From Candidatus Micrarchaeota archaeon RBG_16_49_10 (GTDB taxonomy: Archaea > Aenigmatarchaeota > Aenigmatarchaeia > CG10238-14): a stretch of 64,000 bases of DNA. The position numbers and the translations under genes were made by a program. How positions within the stretch are numbered: position 1 is the first letter of the stretch; every line of letters starts with the position of its first letter. The stretch covers positions 30,777 to 94,776 of the forward strand of contig MFRS01000003.1 of the NCBI GenBank assembly GCA_001784635.1, read 5' to 3'. Under the pieces are notes generated by a model, which was not told where the DNA came from, made no database searches, and was given only the letters and a program-made list of their open reading frames with translations. Of this stretch, positions 21,392 to 30,886 are shown in pieces.

Positions 21392-22216
21392 ATGTTGGCT
21401 TCTCCGGAAGTTATGGATGCACTAAAAGGGATTGGTCTTAATCTTTATGAAAGAAGGCTCTGGGTTGCTTTACTCGCGAAGGGGGTTGCTACTGCAGGCG
21501 AGCTGTCTGCGGTCGCCAATGTGCCCAGGTCAAGGAGTTATGATGTTCTTCAGACTTTGGCAGACAAAGGCTTCGTAATCGTCCAGACCTCCAAGCCACT
21601 TAGATATGTCGGAGTGGCCCCCAAAGAAGCCTTGGAGAAGTCAAAGAAGACGCTTGAGATGGATCTTACAGAGAGGATTACCAGGATTGAAAAGTTACAG
21701 GTCTCTTCCCTGGTGGAAGAACTGGAATCTATTCACCAACAGTCCCTACAGATAATATCGATGGAGGACATGACTGGGGCATTGAAGGGAAAATACTCTG
21801 TATTGCAGCAGATGGACTCTATGCTGAGGGATGCCTCTTCAACAATCAGTATAGTCACGACGCCCAACGGCCTAAATGAGCTGACGAACAACCATCTTAG
21901 CATACTGAAAAAGATGAAGGAGAAGGGGGTTAACATCAAGATTGCCGTGAATGCCAACGACAAGTGCGGCGATGCGATAAAGACATTGAGTGGCGTCGCC
22001 GAAATAAAGGACATAAGCTCTTCTTCCTCCCCTATTTTCGGGAACTTCTATGTCATCGACGATAAACAGCTGTCAATGGGCTTATCTGATCCTGAACAGG
22101 TCCATACATCCCAATATATGATGTTCTGGACAAAGTCGCAACACGCAGCCAAAAACCTGGGGCAGCCGATGTTCGATCTGGTCTGGAACCAAGGGAAGAA
22201 CGTGGGAAAGAAATAA
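21392..22216 (+). CDS. TrmB-family transcriptional regulator (N-terminal wHTH plus C-terminal sensor domain)
   Basis: LYERRLWVALLAKGVATAGELSAVANVPRSRSYDVLQTLADKGFV matches the TrmB wHTH domain. Confidence 0.7.
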   Translation: MLASPEVMDALKGIGLNLYERRLWVALLAKGVATAGELSAVANVPRSRSYDVLQTLADKGFVIVQTSKPLRYVGVAPKEALEKSKKTLEMDLTERITRIEKLQVSSLVEELESIHQQSLQIISMEDMTGALKGKYSVLQQMDSMLRDASSTISIVTTPNGLNELTNNHLSILKKMKEKGVNIKIAVNANDKCGDAIKTLSGVAEIKDISSSSSPIFGNFYVIDDKQLSMGLSDPEQVHTSQYMMFWTKSQHAAKNLGQPMFDLVWNQGKNVGKK

Positions 22217-22219
22217 AAT

Positions 22220-24121
22220 TCAGCCCACGAATATCGGCCTTTTTGAAAGCATTTTAGGCAATGACAGCTTCTTGAACGGCTTGTCTTTGACGTCTTCCTT
22301 TATTTTGTTTATTATGTCGTTGAATTTCATCTTGGACTCTTTGCTCTTTTCTGCCCTGATCCTGACGGTGAATTCACCGCCCTTTTTCTCCCTTTCCCCA
22401 ACCACCAGAATAAATGGGACCCATTCTAGTTCTGCGTCCCTGACCCTTTTTTGGACTGTCAAAGACCTGTCGTCAACGTCAGTCCTTATTTTCTCGCCTT
22501 CAAATTTACCCAGTAAATCTTTTGCTAAATCCAAATATTCGTCCTTCAATGGGATAATTCTGACTTGGGTTGGCGAAAGCCACAGAGGCAACTCGGGAAT
22601 TCCCCCTGCCTTTTGCTTGATGTATGCCCTCTCCAATAGTGCGTACATCACCCTCTCCACGGCCCCACTGGGGGAGCAGTGCAAAATGACGGGGTTTTCC
22701 TTTTTGCCCTCTTCATTGACGAAGTTTATATCATATCTGCTTGCGTTCTCAATGTCTATCTGGTCGGTTGACAAGGCTGCCGCCTTCTCCGAAGCGTCGA
22801 CGAAATTGAACTCGTATTTCAGGATAAAATAGAAAACCCTCTTGTCCCAAATTTCTATCAGGGCCGGCTTGCCGTGAAGCTTCATGAGAAGGTTGATGAA
22901 TTCCTTATGCTCGCCATAGAACTCTTTGGTGAACCTAATCGCCAACTCATACTCGCTCTTGTCAAGCCCTATGCCGCCCATAACTCCCTGGCACATCTTG
23001 AATCTCCTCTCGAACTCCTTAATCGCCTGTGGTATGTCTTGGCAGAAAGCGTGGCAATCGGGCATAGTGAAAGCCCTTAGACGCCTTAAACCCGCTAGTT
23101 CTCCTTCCTTCTCCCTCCTGAAGCTGTACCTTGTCAGCTCATAGAGCCAAAGTGGGAGGTTTTTGTACGAAATGTTCATGTCATGGGCCATAGTGAATTG
23201 GGCGAAGCAAGCCGCGAACTTCAGGAAAAATTCCCTGTCGCCAGATTTCACGATGTATTGCCTTGCCGGAAACTTGTTGAGGTACGATATCGCTGCCGGG
23301 TGGTCGACGCTAAACATGATAGGACCTTCCATCTCCATCGCCCCCTCGTCGATGACAGTCCTTGTCACGAAATCTTCGATAAGGGATTTCACCAACCTCC
23401 CTTTTGGGTAAAATCGCAAATTTCCAGGGTCGCTCGCGCTTTCATAGTCGGCCAACTCCAGCTCCCTCATTATTTTAATGTGCGCCGGGGGTTCCTTGAC
23501 TTCCCTGCTTTTGGCAATCTCGTATTTTGCGAATTTGGCCAGGTTTTCATGTTTCTTGAGGTCGAATTTGCCGTCCACGACCACCTTGCCGTCCTCGACA
23601 TGAATAGGCGTCATTTCACCGTTGGTTTCCATTATAAACCATTCGGAAACTATCTTTTCCTCTTCTTTTAAGGCATTAGACACTATTCCCTCTTTTTCCT
23701 TTTCAGCCGCAGCGCTGGTGATTGTTTTTGACTGTTCTGCCAGGGGATGCCCTTTTATCTTTAGCGAAAACTGTTTGTTCCATCCAAATGGGGCTCTGTG
23801 TACTTTTAAACCAGCTTTTTTAGCCTGCGCTTCCAAGACTTTAATCACCTTCAGAGCCTCGCTTGGCTTGGCCAAGTCGCTGCTCAAGTGCGAGAATGGG
23901 TAGATGAGTACCTCATCGCATTTTATCTGATTCAAGCTCTCTTTTACTTCCTTAACAGCCTTTTCTGCGACTTTTAAAGTGTCGTCTTTCTCTGTTGCGA
24001 CGAACAGGACAACTAGGTTCTCGTATTTTTGTTTCTTCTTTTCCGCCTCCTCGGCCATCTGGATTTCCTTCTTCAGCGGCTCGTACTCTATGAAGTCAAC
24101 ATGAAGTTGCAGTATTCTCAC
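22220..24121 (-). CDS. thrS: Threonyl-tRNA synthetase, archaeal type with an N-terminal D-aminoacyl-tRNA-deacylase-like editing domain
   Basis: 633 aa. The N-terminal archaeal editing domain is followed by the class II catalytic core and a C-terminal anticodon-binding domain. Confidence 0.9.
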   Translation of the reverse strand: MRILQLHVDFIEYEPLKKEIQMAEEAEKKKQKYENLVVLFVATEKDDTLKVAEKAVKEVKESLNQIKCDEVLIYPFSHLSSDLAKPSEALKVIKVLEAQAKKAGLKVHRAPFGWNKQFSLKIKGHPLAEQSKTITSAAAEKEKEGIVSNALKEEEKIVSEWFIMETNGEMTPIHVEDGKVVVDGKFDLKKHENLAKFAKYEIAKSREVKEPPAHIKIMRELELADYESASDPGNLRFYPKGRLVKSLIEDFVTRTVIDEGAMEMEGPIMFSVDHPAAISYLNKFPARQYIVKSGDREFFLKFAACFAQFTMAHDMNISYKNLPLWLYELTRYSFRREKEGELAGLRRLRAFTMPDCHAFCQDIPQAIKEFERRFKMCQGVMGGIGLDKSEYELAIRFTKEFYGEHKEFINLLMKLHGKPALIEIWDKRVFYFILKYEFNFVDASEKAAALSTDQIDIENASRYDINFVNEEGKKENPVILHCSPSGAVERVMYALLERAYIKQKAGGIPELPLWLSPTQVRIIPLKDEYLDLAKDLLGKFEGEKIRTDVDDRSLTVQKRVRDAELEWVPFILVVGEREKKGGEFTVRIRAEKSKESKMKFNDIINKIKEDVKDKPFKKLSLPKMLSKRPIFVG

Positions 24122-24249
24122 ACAAACACCTCTTTTTAATTATTTGATATCAAACTTAAATTACATTCGAAATGTCAGCTATAATAACGTTATTGAAAGT
24201 GGTTGTATCCTTTGTTTTGAACTCTACCACCTTTTTCTTTTCATCCTCG

Positions 24250-24480
24250 TTATTCATCCAAATAACCTCCTATGAATGGTAGTGCGCTAGTCAAAAGATA
24301 ACCGTGGATTCTCTTAAAATCTTTTTCAATAGTGTCGTCTGGGTCAAACCTGTAATTTTGTGAAGTGCTAACCCTCCTGACAAATCTTTGGGCACCTTCA
24401 CGGCCATAAATTGAAATTAATCGCTGTTGGATAGTCAAACTCGGACTAGGATCTGGCCAACCACAATCGATATCAGTCAT
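24250..24480 (-). CDS. Hypothetical small protein (76 aa). It is the downstream member of the overlapping ORF pair
   Basis: ORF only, with no recognisable family. Confidence 0.3.
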   Translation of the reverse strand: MTDIDCGWPDPSPSLTIQQRLISIYGREGAQRFVRRVSTSQNYRFDPDDTIEKDFKRIHGYLLTSALPFIGGYLDE

Positions 24481-24749
24481 ATCAGCACCTCCAAAATGTT
24501 TGGCCTACCGGGGCTCCTGTCTTGAAGTATTATTTCGACATTTTTTCGTTCAAAGAGATCGAAAATACTGGAGTCGCACTTAGAATAGACATATTTAGAA
24601 AGAGAAACTTTTTTGACTTGGGGATGATTTTCTAAAATTAAGTCGGCCATTTTTCTGCTGACAAATTTTCTGAAGTGTACAGTTTTTATTTCAGAAGATA
24701 ATTTTGAAACGTCGGAATAACTAGAAATGGACAACTGTTTTACATTCAC
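24477..24749 (-). CDS. Hypothetical small protein (90 aa). It is the upstream member of a 4-nt-overlapping ORF pair in the AT-rich spacer
   Basis: ORF only. Its ATGA overlap with the next ORF suggests translational coupling. Confidence 0.3.
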   Translation of the reverse strand: MNVKQLSISSYSDVSKLSSEIKTVHFRKFVSRKMADLILENHPQVKKVSLSKYVYSKCDSSIFDLFERKNVEIILQDRSPGRPNILEVLI

Positions 24750-24867
24750 CTTGTCCGACTTTCACCTACCATCCAAATCACTCTAAAAAATGAGGTTTTA
24801 AAGCTTATATAGGTTTTCAAATGTCATAGTTTCGTCTATAACCGCAAATCAAAAAAAATTAGTAAAG

Positions 24868-25335
24868 TCACGAATCGGAGCAAAAGTCACTTACAATAGC
24901 TTTGTTTAGACGGACAACATCCGCAACCTTTAATTCCACAACGAGGGATTTATCTCCACCCCCTCCGTACATTGTCTCGTACTGCAGGAATCTCTTATCT
25001 AGGCCAGTTCTCATCGGAACTAGATGATGGATAGGTGGTGTCTCCCCCGGTTCATAACCAGAGTAGTTTTTTGTCTCCTCAAAGGGAGCAAGATGCAATT
25101 TTTTCACACCAAAGCCTTTCCTAGCCTTTTCGAAGTTCATTTTACAGGGGCCTGGGATTATCACCAGATAGGCGTTTTTTTCTTCGTCAAGCAGCACCAG
25201 CGATTTGGCCAGTCTATTTGCATCCAAACCAGCTAATTCAGCCGACTCTAGAGTGTGCCCACTCTCTCTACTTTTAGTAATGAATCGGTGCCATATTTTG
25301 TTCTCTTCTAAAAATTTTTTTAAATTCATCGTCAT
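24868..25335 (-). CDS. ybaK: YbaK/ProX-family aminoacyl-tRNA trans-editing deacylase
   Basis: LKKFLEENKIWHRFITK..., GYEPGETPPI and MYGGGGDKSLVVELKVADVVRLNKAIVSDF align with E. coli YbaK (VKLLEKNKISFQIHTYE..., [41 protein letters not shown]). Confidence 0.65.
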   Translation of the reverse strand: MTMNLKKFLEENKIWHRFITKSRESGHTLESAELAGLDANRLAKSLVLLDEEKNAYLVIIPGPCKMNFEKARKGFGVKKLHLAPFEETKNYSGYEPGETPPIHHLVPMRTGLDKRFLQYETMYGGGGDKSLVVELKVADVVRLNKAIVSDFCSDS

Positions 25336-25448
25336 TTAGTTGGCCTTTAGGATTTAAGCCCATTTCGGAATGTCACAAATTCTGCGTTATTATATATAAA
25401 ATACCATTATTTTTAATATTCTAAAAATTATCAAATTTTTGTGATTGT

Positions 25449-25781
25449 ATGGTGAATGTGAATTTTGTCGGCTTTGAGGGTTTTGAGGATATGCAAAAAA
25501 GTATAGAGGAAAAGGTTGATGGGTTTATAAAAAAGTTCGAAGTCCGTTATTCCGGTGAAAGTTTGGACTCTGTGAAGGCTTTCCACAAGAGTTTTGGTGC
25601 CAAAGGGGACCACACGGGCGAAATAAAATTCAATGTGGAGACGAGTTTTGGTGTGTTCAGGTCCGCAAAGATAGGGCACAAACCTTTGGACATGATTGAG
25701 GAGATTATCGAGGACGTCGAGAAACAGATAAGGACGAAAAAGGGGAGGTTGTTTACCGAAGAAAGGGGACGTAATGCCTAA
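25449..25781 (+). CDS. Ribosome hibernation/ribosome-associated inhibitor-like protein (bacterial HPF/RaiA/YfiA-family pattern)
   Basis: 110 aa. The pattern M.V.F.G...Q.SIEEKV..FIKKF...GEIKFNVETSFGVFRSAKIGHKPLDMIEEIIEDVEKQIRTKKGR parallels the HPF beta-alpha-beta-beta-beta-alpha fold motifs, including the DMY-like DMIEE segment and the C-terminal K-rich helix. This is by-eye similarity only. Confidence 0.4.
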   Translation: MVNVNFVGFEGFEDMQKSIEEKVDGFIKKFEVRYSGESLDSVKAFHKSFGAKGDHTGEIKFNVETSFGVFRSAKIGHKPLDMIEEIIEDVEKQIRTKKGRLFTEERGRNA

Positions 25782-25905
25782 TTTTTGATTTAAGAATGGT
25801 TTTATTTAAACGGCTTTCAGCAAGTATTAAAATTTAATAATGAAATAGGGTTCGTAGGAGAAAAAAATAAGAAGTTGGAAGATTTTATTAAGTATACAGC
25901 CCCGA

Positions 25906-26011
25906 AGCCCCGTAGAGGGTTAATCACTCGCGGAATCTAGTGGTCAAGGATATTGGGCTTTGGACAGTTGGAAGTTACCCAAGGACGGCGGTTCGAATCC
26001 GCCCGGGGCTA
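25906..26011 (+). tRNA. tRNA-Gln(TTG), apparently with two introns. One is a 20-nt non-canonical intron after position 9 (25915-25934). The other is a 13-nt intron at or near 37/38 (about 25965-25977)
   Basis: Perfect 7-bp acceptor AGCCCCG/CGGGGCU with discriminator A. D-arm ATCT-AGTGGTCAA-GGAT. Anticodon stem TTGGG/CCCAA with loop CUUUGGA. T-arm GGCGG-TTCGAAT-CCGCC. The mature length is 73 nt after removing 33 nt. Confidence 0.5.
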
Positions 26012-26024
26012 TTCTTGTGGTCTA

Positions 26025-26663
26025 ATGAACCAGAAACAAGTTTGGGATGCCATAGCCGATTCGTGGTCCAATGTTAGAGTGAAGCCATGCCCTGAAGTCG
26101 TTGAGTTTTCTAAAAGTGAGGTTAAAGGGCCTGTTCTGGATATAGGCTGCGGCAATTGCAGAAATCTGATTCCGTTCCTGGAGAAAGGGGAAAGGTGTTT
26201 TGGTCTCGATTTCTCTGAAAAAATGATTGAGATAGCCAGGAAGTTCCTTAAAAGGAGGGATTTTGAAGCGAGGCTGAAAGTTGGGGATATGACGGAGTTG
26301 CCGTTTGAAAATGACTCCATGGGCACAGTTATCTCAAACTCTGCGCTTCACTGCCTCACCAAAAGAGAGGATAGGCTGAAAGCCCTATTTGAAATGAAAA
26401 GGGTCTTGAAAAAGAATTCCATGATGCTTGTCAGTGTGTGGAGCCCCTACCACAAAAAGATCTTCTGGAAGGCGCTTTTGTCGTTGTTCACGAAGAACAG
26501 GCTAGAAGTTTGGGTGGACTGGGATTACCATGGGGAAAAATACAGTAGGTCCTACTATTTGTACACAAAAAAGAAAGTGAGGGAAGATATGAAATTTGCC
26601 GGGTTTAGTGTCGAAAAGGTGTGGCTCAGCAAAGGAAATGTATGGGTCTTGGCGAGAAGATGA
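26025..26663 (+). CDS. Class I SAM-dependent methyltransferase
   Basis: Motif I VLDIGCGNCRN. The start was chosen at ATG 26025, which is 14 nt after the tRNA-Gln 3' end. The longer ORF-track start would overlap the tRNA. Confidence 0.75.
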   Translation: MNQKQVWDAIADSWSNVRVKPCPEVVEFSKSEVKGPVLDIGCGNCRNLIPFLEKGERCFGLDFSEKMIEIARKFLKRRDFEARLKVGDMTELPFENDSMGTVISNSALHCLTKREDRLKALFEMKRVLKKNSMMLVSVWSPYHKKIFWKALLSLFTKNRLEVWVDWDYHGEKYSRSYYLYTKKKVREDMKFAGFSVEKVWLSKGNVWVLARR

Positions 26664-27580
26664 AGTGCTCTTTTTGCAGCAAAAAATCCATTTATAGCAG
26701 GAAAAACGATGGTAGAGATTATTGCGAGAACCATTTCAGGAGGGACGTCGAGAAAAAAGTGAGGCGTACCCTCTCCAAATATAGGCTGGTGGTCCCTGAT
26801 GACAGGGTCGCTGTCGCCTTGTCCGGCGGGAAGGACAGCGCCAACATCCTTTATTTCCTGAAGAGGATATTCGGCGAAAACCCGAAGATAGAGGTTGCCG
26901 CCATAACGCTTGACCAGGGGATAAAAGGTGAGACAAGGAAGAATGTCAAGATAGCGAAGGATTTTTGCAGGAAGTTCGGGGTAGCGCACCACGTGTTCAC
27001 TTTCAAAGAGGAGTTCGGAATGACTGTGGACCAAGTAAAAAATAGGGACAAGGTAGGTTTCTGCGCTGCGTGTGGAGCCCTTAGAAGATACCTCATCAAC
27101 AAAAAGGCCAGGGAGTTGGGGTTCACGAAGGTTGCCACAGGGCACAATTTGGACGACGAGTGCCAAAGTATAATAATGAACCTCCTTAAGGGGGACTTGG
27201 TGAAACTCTCAAGAGTGGGGCCGATGCCAGGACTGATAAGGGATGGGAATTTCGTCCCTAGGATAAAGCCCTTGATTTTCGTTCAGGAAAGGGAGTCTAG
27301 GCTTTTTGCTGAACTCAACGGGATGGATGTCAATTACTGTGCATGCAAATACTCAAAGTTCAACGCCATGCGGGGAGAAACAAAGATATACCTCAACCGC
27401 CTAGAGGAGAGGGCTCCAGGCCTAAAATATAGCCTTATTGAAGCTTCCCTTAAAATGAATGCGATGCTAAAGGTGGGCTTTGAGGGTAAAACAATAGGTA
27501 AGTGCAAAAAATGTGGTGAGCCAACTAGTCAAGAATTGTGCAAGATATGCACAATCCTGGAGGGGGTTAAGACTAGTTGA
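26660..27580 (+). CDS. ttuA: tRNA 2-thiolation PP-loop ATPase (TtuA/NcsA/Ncs6 family) with N- and C-terminal zinc fingers
   Basis: PP-loop SGGKDS. Cys pairs CSFCS and CENH at the N-terminus, and CKKCGEP...CKIC at the C-terminus. ATGA overlap with the upstream methyltransferase. Confidence 0.8.
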   Translation: MKCSFCSKKSIYSRKNDGRDYCENHFRRDVEKKVRRTLSKYRLVVPDDRVAVALSGGKDSANILYFLKRIFGENPKIEVAAITLDQGIKGETRKNVKIAKDFCRKFGVAHHVFTFKEEFGMTVDQVKNRDKVGFCAACGALRRYLINKKARELGFTKVATGHNLDDECQSIIMNLLKGDLVKLSRVGPMPGLIRDGNFVPRIKPLIFVQERESRLFAELNGMDVNYCACKYSKFNAMRGETKIYLNRLEERAPGLKYSLIEASLKMNAMLKVGFEGKTIGKCKKCGEPTSQELCKICTILEGVKTS

Positions 27581-27831
27581 CTTTAGCCTGAATGTCTTCA
27601 ATCCTTTCAGACAAAAAGCTGATTCTGTCCTGAAGAAACCTGACCTGTTTGACGTTTTTCGCAGAAAATAGCCTGCTTTTGGTGTCAAAAAGCTCTTCTT
27701 GGTAGAATCGCAACCTGTGCAAATCTCTTACATCCATTTTATCACTTAATGGTAATATATAATTGAACTAGTATATAAATGTTACTACTATCTAATGCGA
27801 ATGTAGTAATAAATTAGAAAGAATTCTGTTA

Positions 27832-29406
27832 TTGTACATGGACAAGAGTCGAGAATTTGCCGAAAAGATATTTGAAAAAATAAGAAAAAGTGAGGTAAAG
27901 GACAAGAAAAGCCTTGAAAAGGTTAAGAAGGCCGTTGGTAAATCTCTTGGTTTGAAGACAATACCCACGAATCCTGATATACTGCAGTTTGCCGACGAAA
28001 GGGAAATTGAAAAATTTTCCAAGATAGTGAACATAAAGCCGACGAGAACCATTTCCGGGGTTTCCGTAATCACCGTAGTGGCAAAACCGGCCCACTGTCC
28101 TGGAAAATGCATTTACTGCCCAAAAGGCGACAAGGCTCCGCAAAGTTACACTGGGCTGGAGCCGGCGATACAGCGGGGTATAAGGAACGGGTATGACCCC
28201 TTCCTGCAGACAAAGGACAGGCTTAATCAGTACAGAATAACAGGCCATCACTCTGATAAGGTGGAGATTATTATTCTAGGGGGGACTTTTCTAGCTCTGG
28301 ATCCTGAATACCAGGAGTGGTTTGTCAAGAGGATATTCGATGCCCTCAATGGAGAAGAAAGTGAGAGTTTAACAGACGCGCAAAGACTGAATGAGACCGG
28401 GAATCATAGGTGCGTTGGCTTGACTATTGAGACCAGACCGGACTACTGCTTCGAAAGCCATGTGAATCAGGTTTTGCTTCTTGGGGGAACCCGAGTGGAG
28501 ATAGGCGTCCAGACAATTTACCAAGAGATCCTTGAGAAGATAAAGAGGGGACATAGCGTGAAAGACACTGTAAAAGCCACTAAAGTCGCCAAAGAAAGCG
28601 CCTTAAAGTGCACCTACCACATCATGCCCGGGCTTTTTGTGGATAAAAAAGATGACATAAAACAGTTCAAAATCCTTTTTGAAGATTCAGACTATAGGCC
28701 CGATTCACTCAAGATATACCCGACTCTTGTAATCGAGAACACGGAACTCCATGATATGTGGAAGAGAGGCGATTATAACCCACTAGAGACCGAAGAGGCA
28801 GTGGATTTGATAGTCAAAGCCATGAAGTACATCCCGAAGTATTGCAGAGTTATCCGCGTCCAGCGGGACATACCTAACAACAAAGTCGTCAAGGGGGTTA
28901 TGAGCAGCAACTTGAGGGAGCTTGTCGAAGCGGAGTGCAGAAGGAGAAAGGTGAGGATACAGGAGATGAGATACAGGGAGGTTGGTCATAGAATAAAAAA
29001 TGGTATTGTGCCTAACCCTAATAAAATCGAGCTTTGCAGGCTGAATTACAATGCCTCTGGGGGTGAAGAGGTGTTTTTGAGTTTTGAAGATTCTGAAAAT
29101 GACGTTTTATTTGGCTTTTTGAGGCTTAGAATCCCTGAGAAGCCTTTTAGAAAGGAAATAGACATTAAAACTGCCTTGGTTAGGGAATTGCATGTTTTTG
29201 GTCCAACTGTACCTATAGGGAGAAGTGGGGAAGGTGGATGGCAACACAGGGGTTTGGGCCAAAGGCTATTGAAAGAGGCCGAAAGAATAGCCGCCGAGGA
29301 GTTTGACAAGAGAAAGGTCGCCGTTATAAGCGGCATCGGTGTGAGAGAGTATTACAAAAGGCTTGGTTATAAAAGAGACGGCCCGTACATGTCTAAAATT
29401 TTATAG
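27832..29406 (+). CDS. elp3: Elp3-family tRNA wobble-uridine modification enzyme (radical SAM plus GNAT acetyltransferase)
   Basis: Radical-SAM motif CPGKCIYCP. The C-terminal GNAT motif is RHRGLGQRLLKEAERIA. Confidence 0.85.
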   Translation: MYMDKSREFAEKIFEKIRKSEVKDKKSLEKVKKAVGKSLGLKTIPTNPDILQFADEREIEKFSKIVNIKPTRTISGVSVITVVAKPAHCPGKCIYCPKGDKAPQSYTGLEPAIQRGIRNGYDPFLQTKDRLNQYRITGHHSDKVEIIILGGTFLALDPEYQEWFVKRIFDALNGEESESLTDAQRLNETGNHRCVGLTIETRPDYCFESHVNQVLLLGGTRVEIGVQTIYQEILEKIKRGHSVKDTVKATKVAKESALKCTYHIMPGLFVDKKDDIKQFKILFEDSDYRPDSLKIYPTLVIENTELHDMWKRGDYNPLETEEAVDLIVKAMKYIPKYCRVIRVQRDIPNNKVVKGVMSSNLRELVEAECRRRKVRIQEMRYREVGHRIKNGIVPNPNKIELCRLNYNASGGEEVFLSFEDSENDVLFGFLRLRIPEKPFRKEIDIKTALVRELHVFGPTVPIGRSGEGGWQHRGLGQRLLKEAERIAAEEFDKRKVAVISGIGVREYYKRLGYKRDGPYMSKIL

Positions 29407-29429
29407 TCCGAAACCCAAATATTATTTTA

Positions 29430-30851
29430 ATGGCGGAATTGCGAAAGATAATCACTGAGGTTCTCAGGGAAATCAAACCTACTAACGAGGAAAGGAAAAG
29501 GCTTGAGGCCCTGAGCTTGAAGGTCCTTGAAGTCGCTAAGGGGGAGGCGGGCCTTTACAAGGCGACATCCATACTTGCAGGCTCCCTGACAAGGGACACA
29601 TGGCTCCCGAGCAAAAAGGAGTTCGACCTTTTCGTGGTATTCCCAGAAAAGATGGGGGAGGACGAGCTCGAAAAAAATGGCCTCGAAGTGGGGAAAAGAA
29701 TAATCGAGAAGCTGGGCGGGAAGTGGAAGGTGGATTATGCCCAACACCCTTACATCACCGGAACTTTGGGGGATATAGACATAGACATAGTCCCCTGCTA
29801 TAAAGTCGAGTCTGGGAAAAAAATAAAGTCCGCTGTGGACAGGACGCCATTCCATGTCGAATATCTGAACAAAAGGCTACCAATAGAGCTCTCGGACCAT
29901 GTGAGATTACTCAAGCATTTCTTGAAAGCCAATGGTATATATGGGGCCGACTCGAAGACTGGTGGTTTTTCGGGCTACATATGCGAACTTTTGGTTATAA
30001 ATTATGGCACCTTTGAGGATTTCCTGAAGAATGTGAGCCGCTGGGATGCCGGGGAGATAATAGACATCGAGGGGCAGTGGCCTAAAAAGGACTATGAGAA
30101 GCTGAGGAAGAAATTCGAAAACCAAGTTCTGATTCTGATAGACCCTGTGGATAAGAACAGGAACGCTGCAGCTGCCGTCTCAGCAAACAGTCTTTTCAAA
30201 CTGAAAAAAATAGCCACAAACTTGCTAGACAATCCAGGCAAAACCCACTTCGAAAAAAAAGAGATGGCCCCACTGACGCAGAAAGAGGTCAAGAAAATTA
30301 TGGAAGAAAGGGGAACCGAACTTCTTGTGGTCAACTTCAAGCCGCCGAAGGTTGTTTCCGATATACTGTGGCCCCAGCTTAAGAGGTTTACGAAAAGGCT
30401 GGAGAATATAATGAACGAATATGAATTTTATGTACTGCGCAGCGACTTCTGGAGCAATGAGATAGACATGGCAACGGTGATACTTGAGCTGGAGGTGGGA
30501 AAAGTGTCGAAAGTGAACAAGAAGGTCGGCCCTTCAGTGTTCGACAAAAAGGGGTCGGAGAGCTTCATCAAAAAGTACAAAGGAGCCTGCGTCAACGGTC
30601 CTTTCATAGAGGAAGACTTCTGGTGCGCCGAGGTAAATAGGAAGTGGGACTTGGCCACGGACAAGCTGACCGACAGCCTGGAGGACGAGGTCACCATTCT
30701 GAAAGCGAAGGGTGTCCCCAACTACATCGCAGAGGAGTTGAAGGGTGGGTTTGAAATCCTAAAAGGTGAGAGTATCGCGGGTTTGATGAAGTACAGTAGT
30801 GATTTTGCCGTCTTCCTAAGGGGTTATTTCGAGAAGGAAGACCTATCCTAG
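29430..30851 (+). CDS. cca: CCA-adding enzyme (archaeal class I tRNA nucleotidyltransferase)
   Basis: Pol-beta-like GS...DxD segment AGSLTRDTWLPSKKEFDLFVVF. RTPFHVEYL and GGFSGYICELL are motifs typical of archaeal CCA-adding enzymes. Confidence 0.85.
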   Translation: MAELRKIITEVLREIKPTNEERKRLEALSLKVLEVAKGEAGLYKATSILAGSLTRDTWLPSKKEFDLFVVFPEKMGEDELEKNGLEVGKRIIEKLGGKWKVDYAQHPYITGTLGDIDIDIVPCYKVESGKKIKSAVDRTPFHVEYLNKRLPIELSDHVRLLKHFLKANGIYGADSKTGGFSGYICELLVINYGTFEDFLKNVSRWDAGEIIDIEGQWPKKDYEKLRKKFENQVLILIDPVDKNRNAAAAVSANSLFKLKKIATNLLDNPGKTHFEKKEMAPLTQKEVKKIMEERGTELLVVNFKPPKVVSDILWPQLKRFTKRLENIMNEYEFYVLRSDFWSNEIDMATVILELEVGKVSKVNKKVGPSVFDKKGSESFIKKYKGACVNGPFIEEDFWCAEVNRKWDLATDKLTDSLEDEVTILKAKGVPNYIAEELKGGFEILKGESIAGLMKYSSDFAVFLRGYFEKEDLS

Positions 30852-30886
30852 AAAGGTTTATTCTTTTATCTAATGTAATTAGTGTT

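Noticed and set aside
27581-27831. 73-aa minus-strand ORF (27467-27688) and possible ncRNA in the 250-bp spacer after ttuA
   Set aside because: The ORF overlaps the ttuA 3' end antisense and has no features. No stable stem-loops or box motifs were evident. It was left unannotated.
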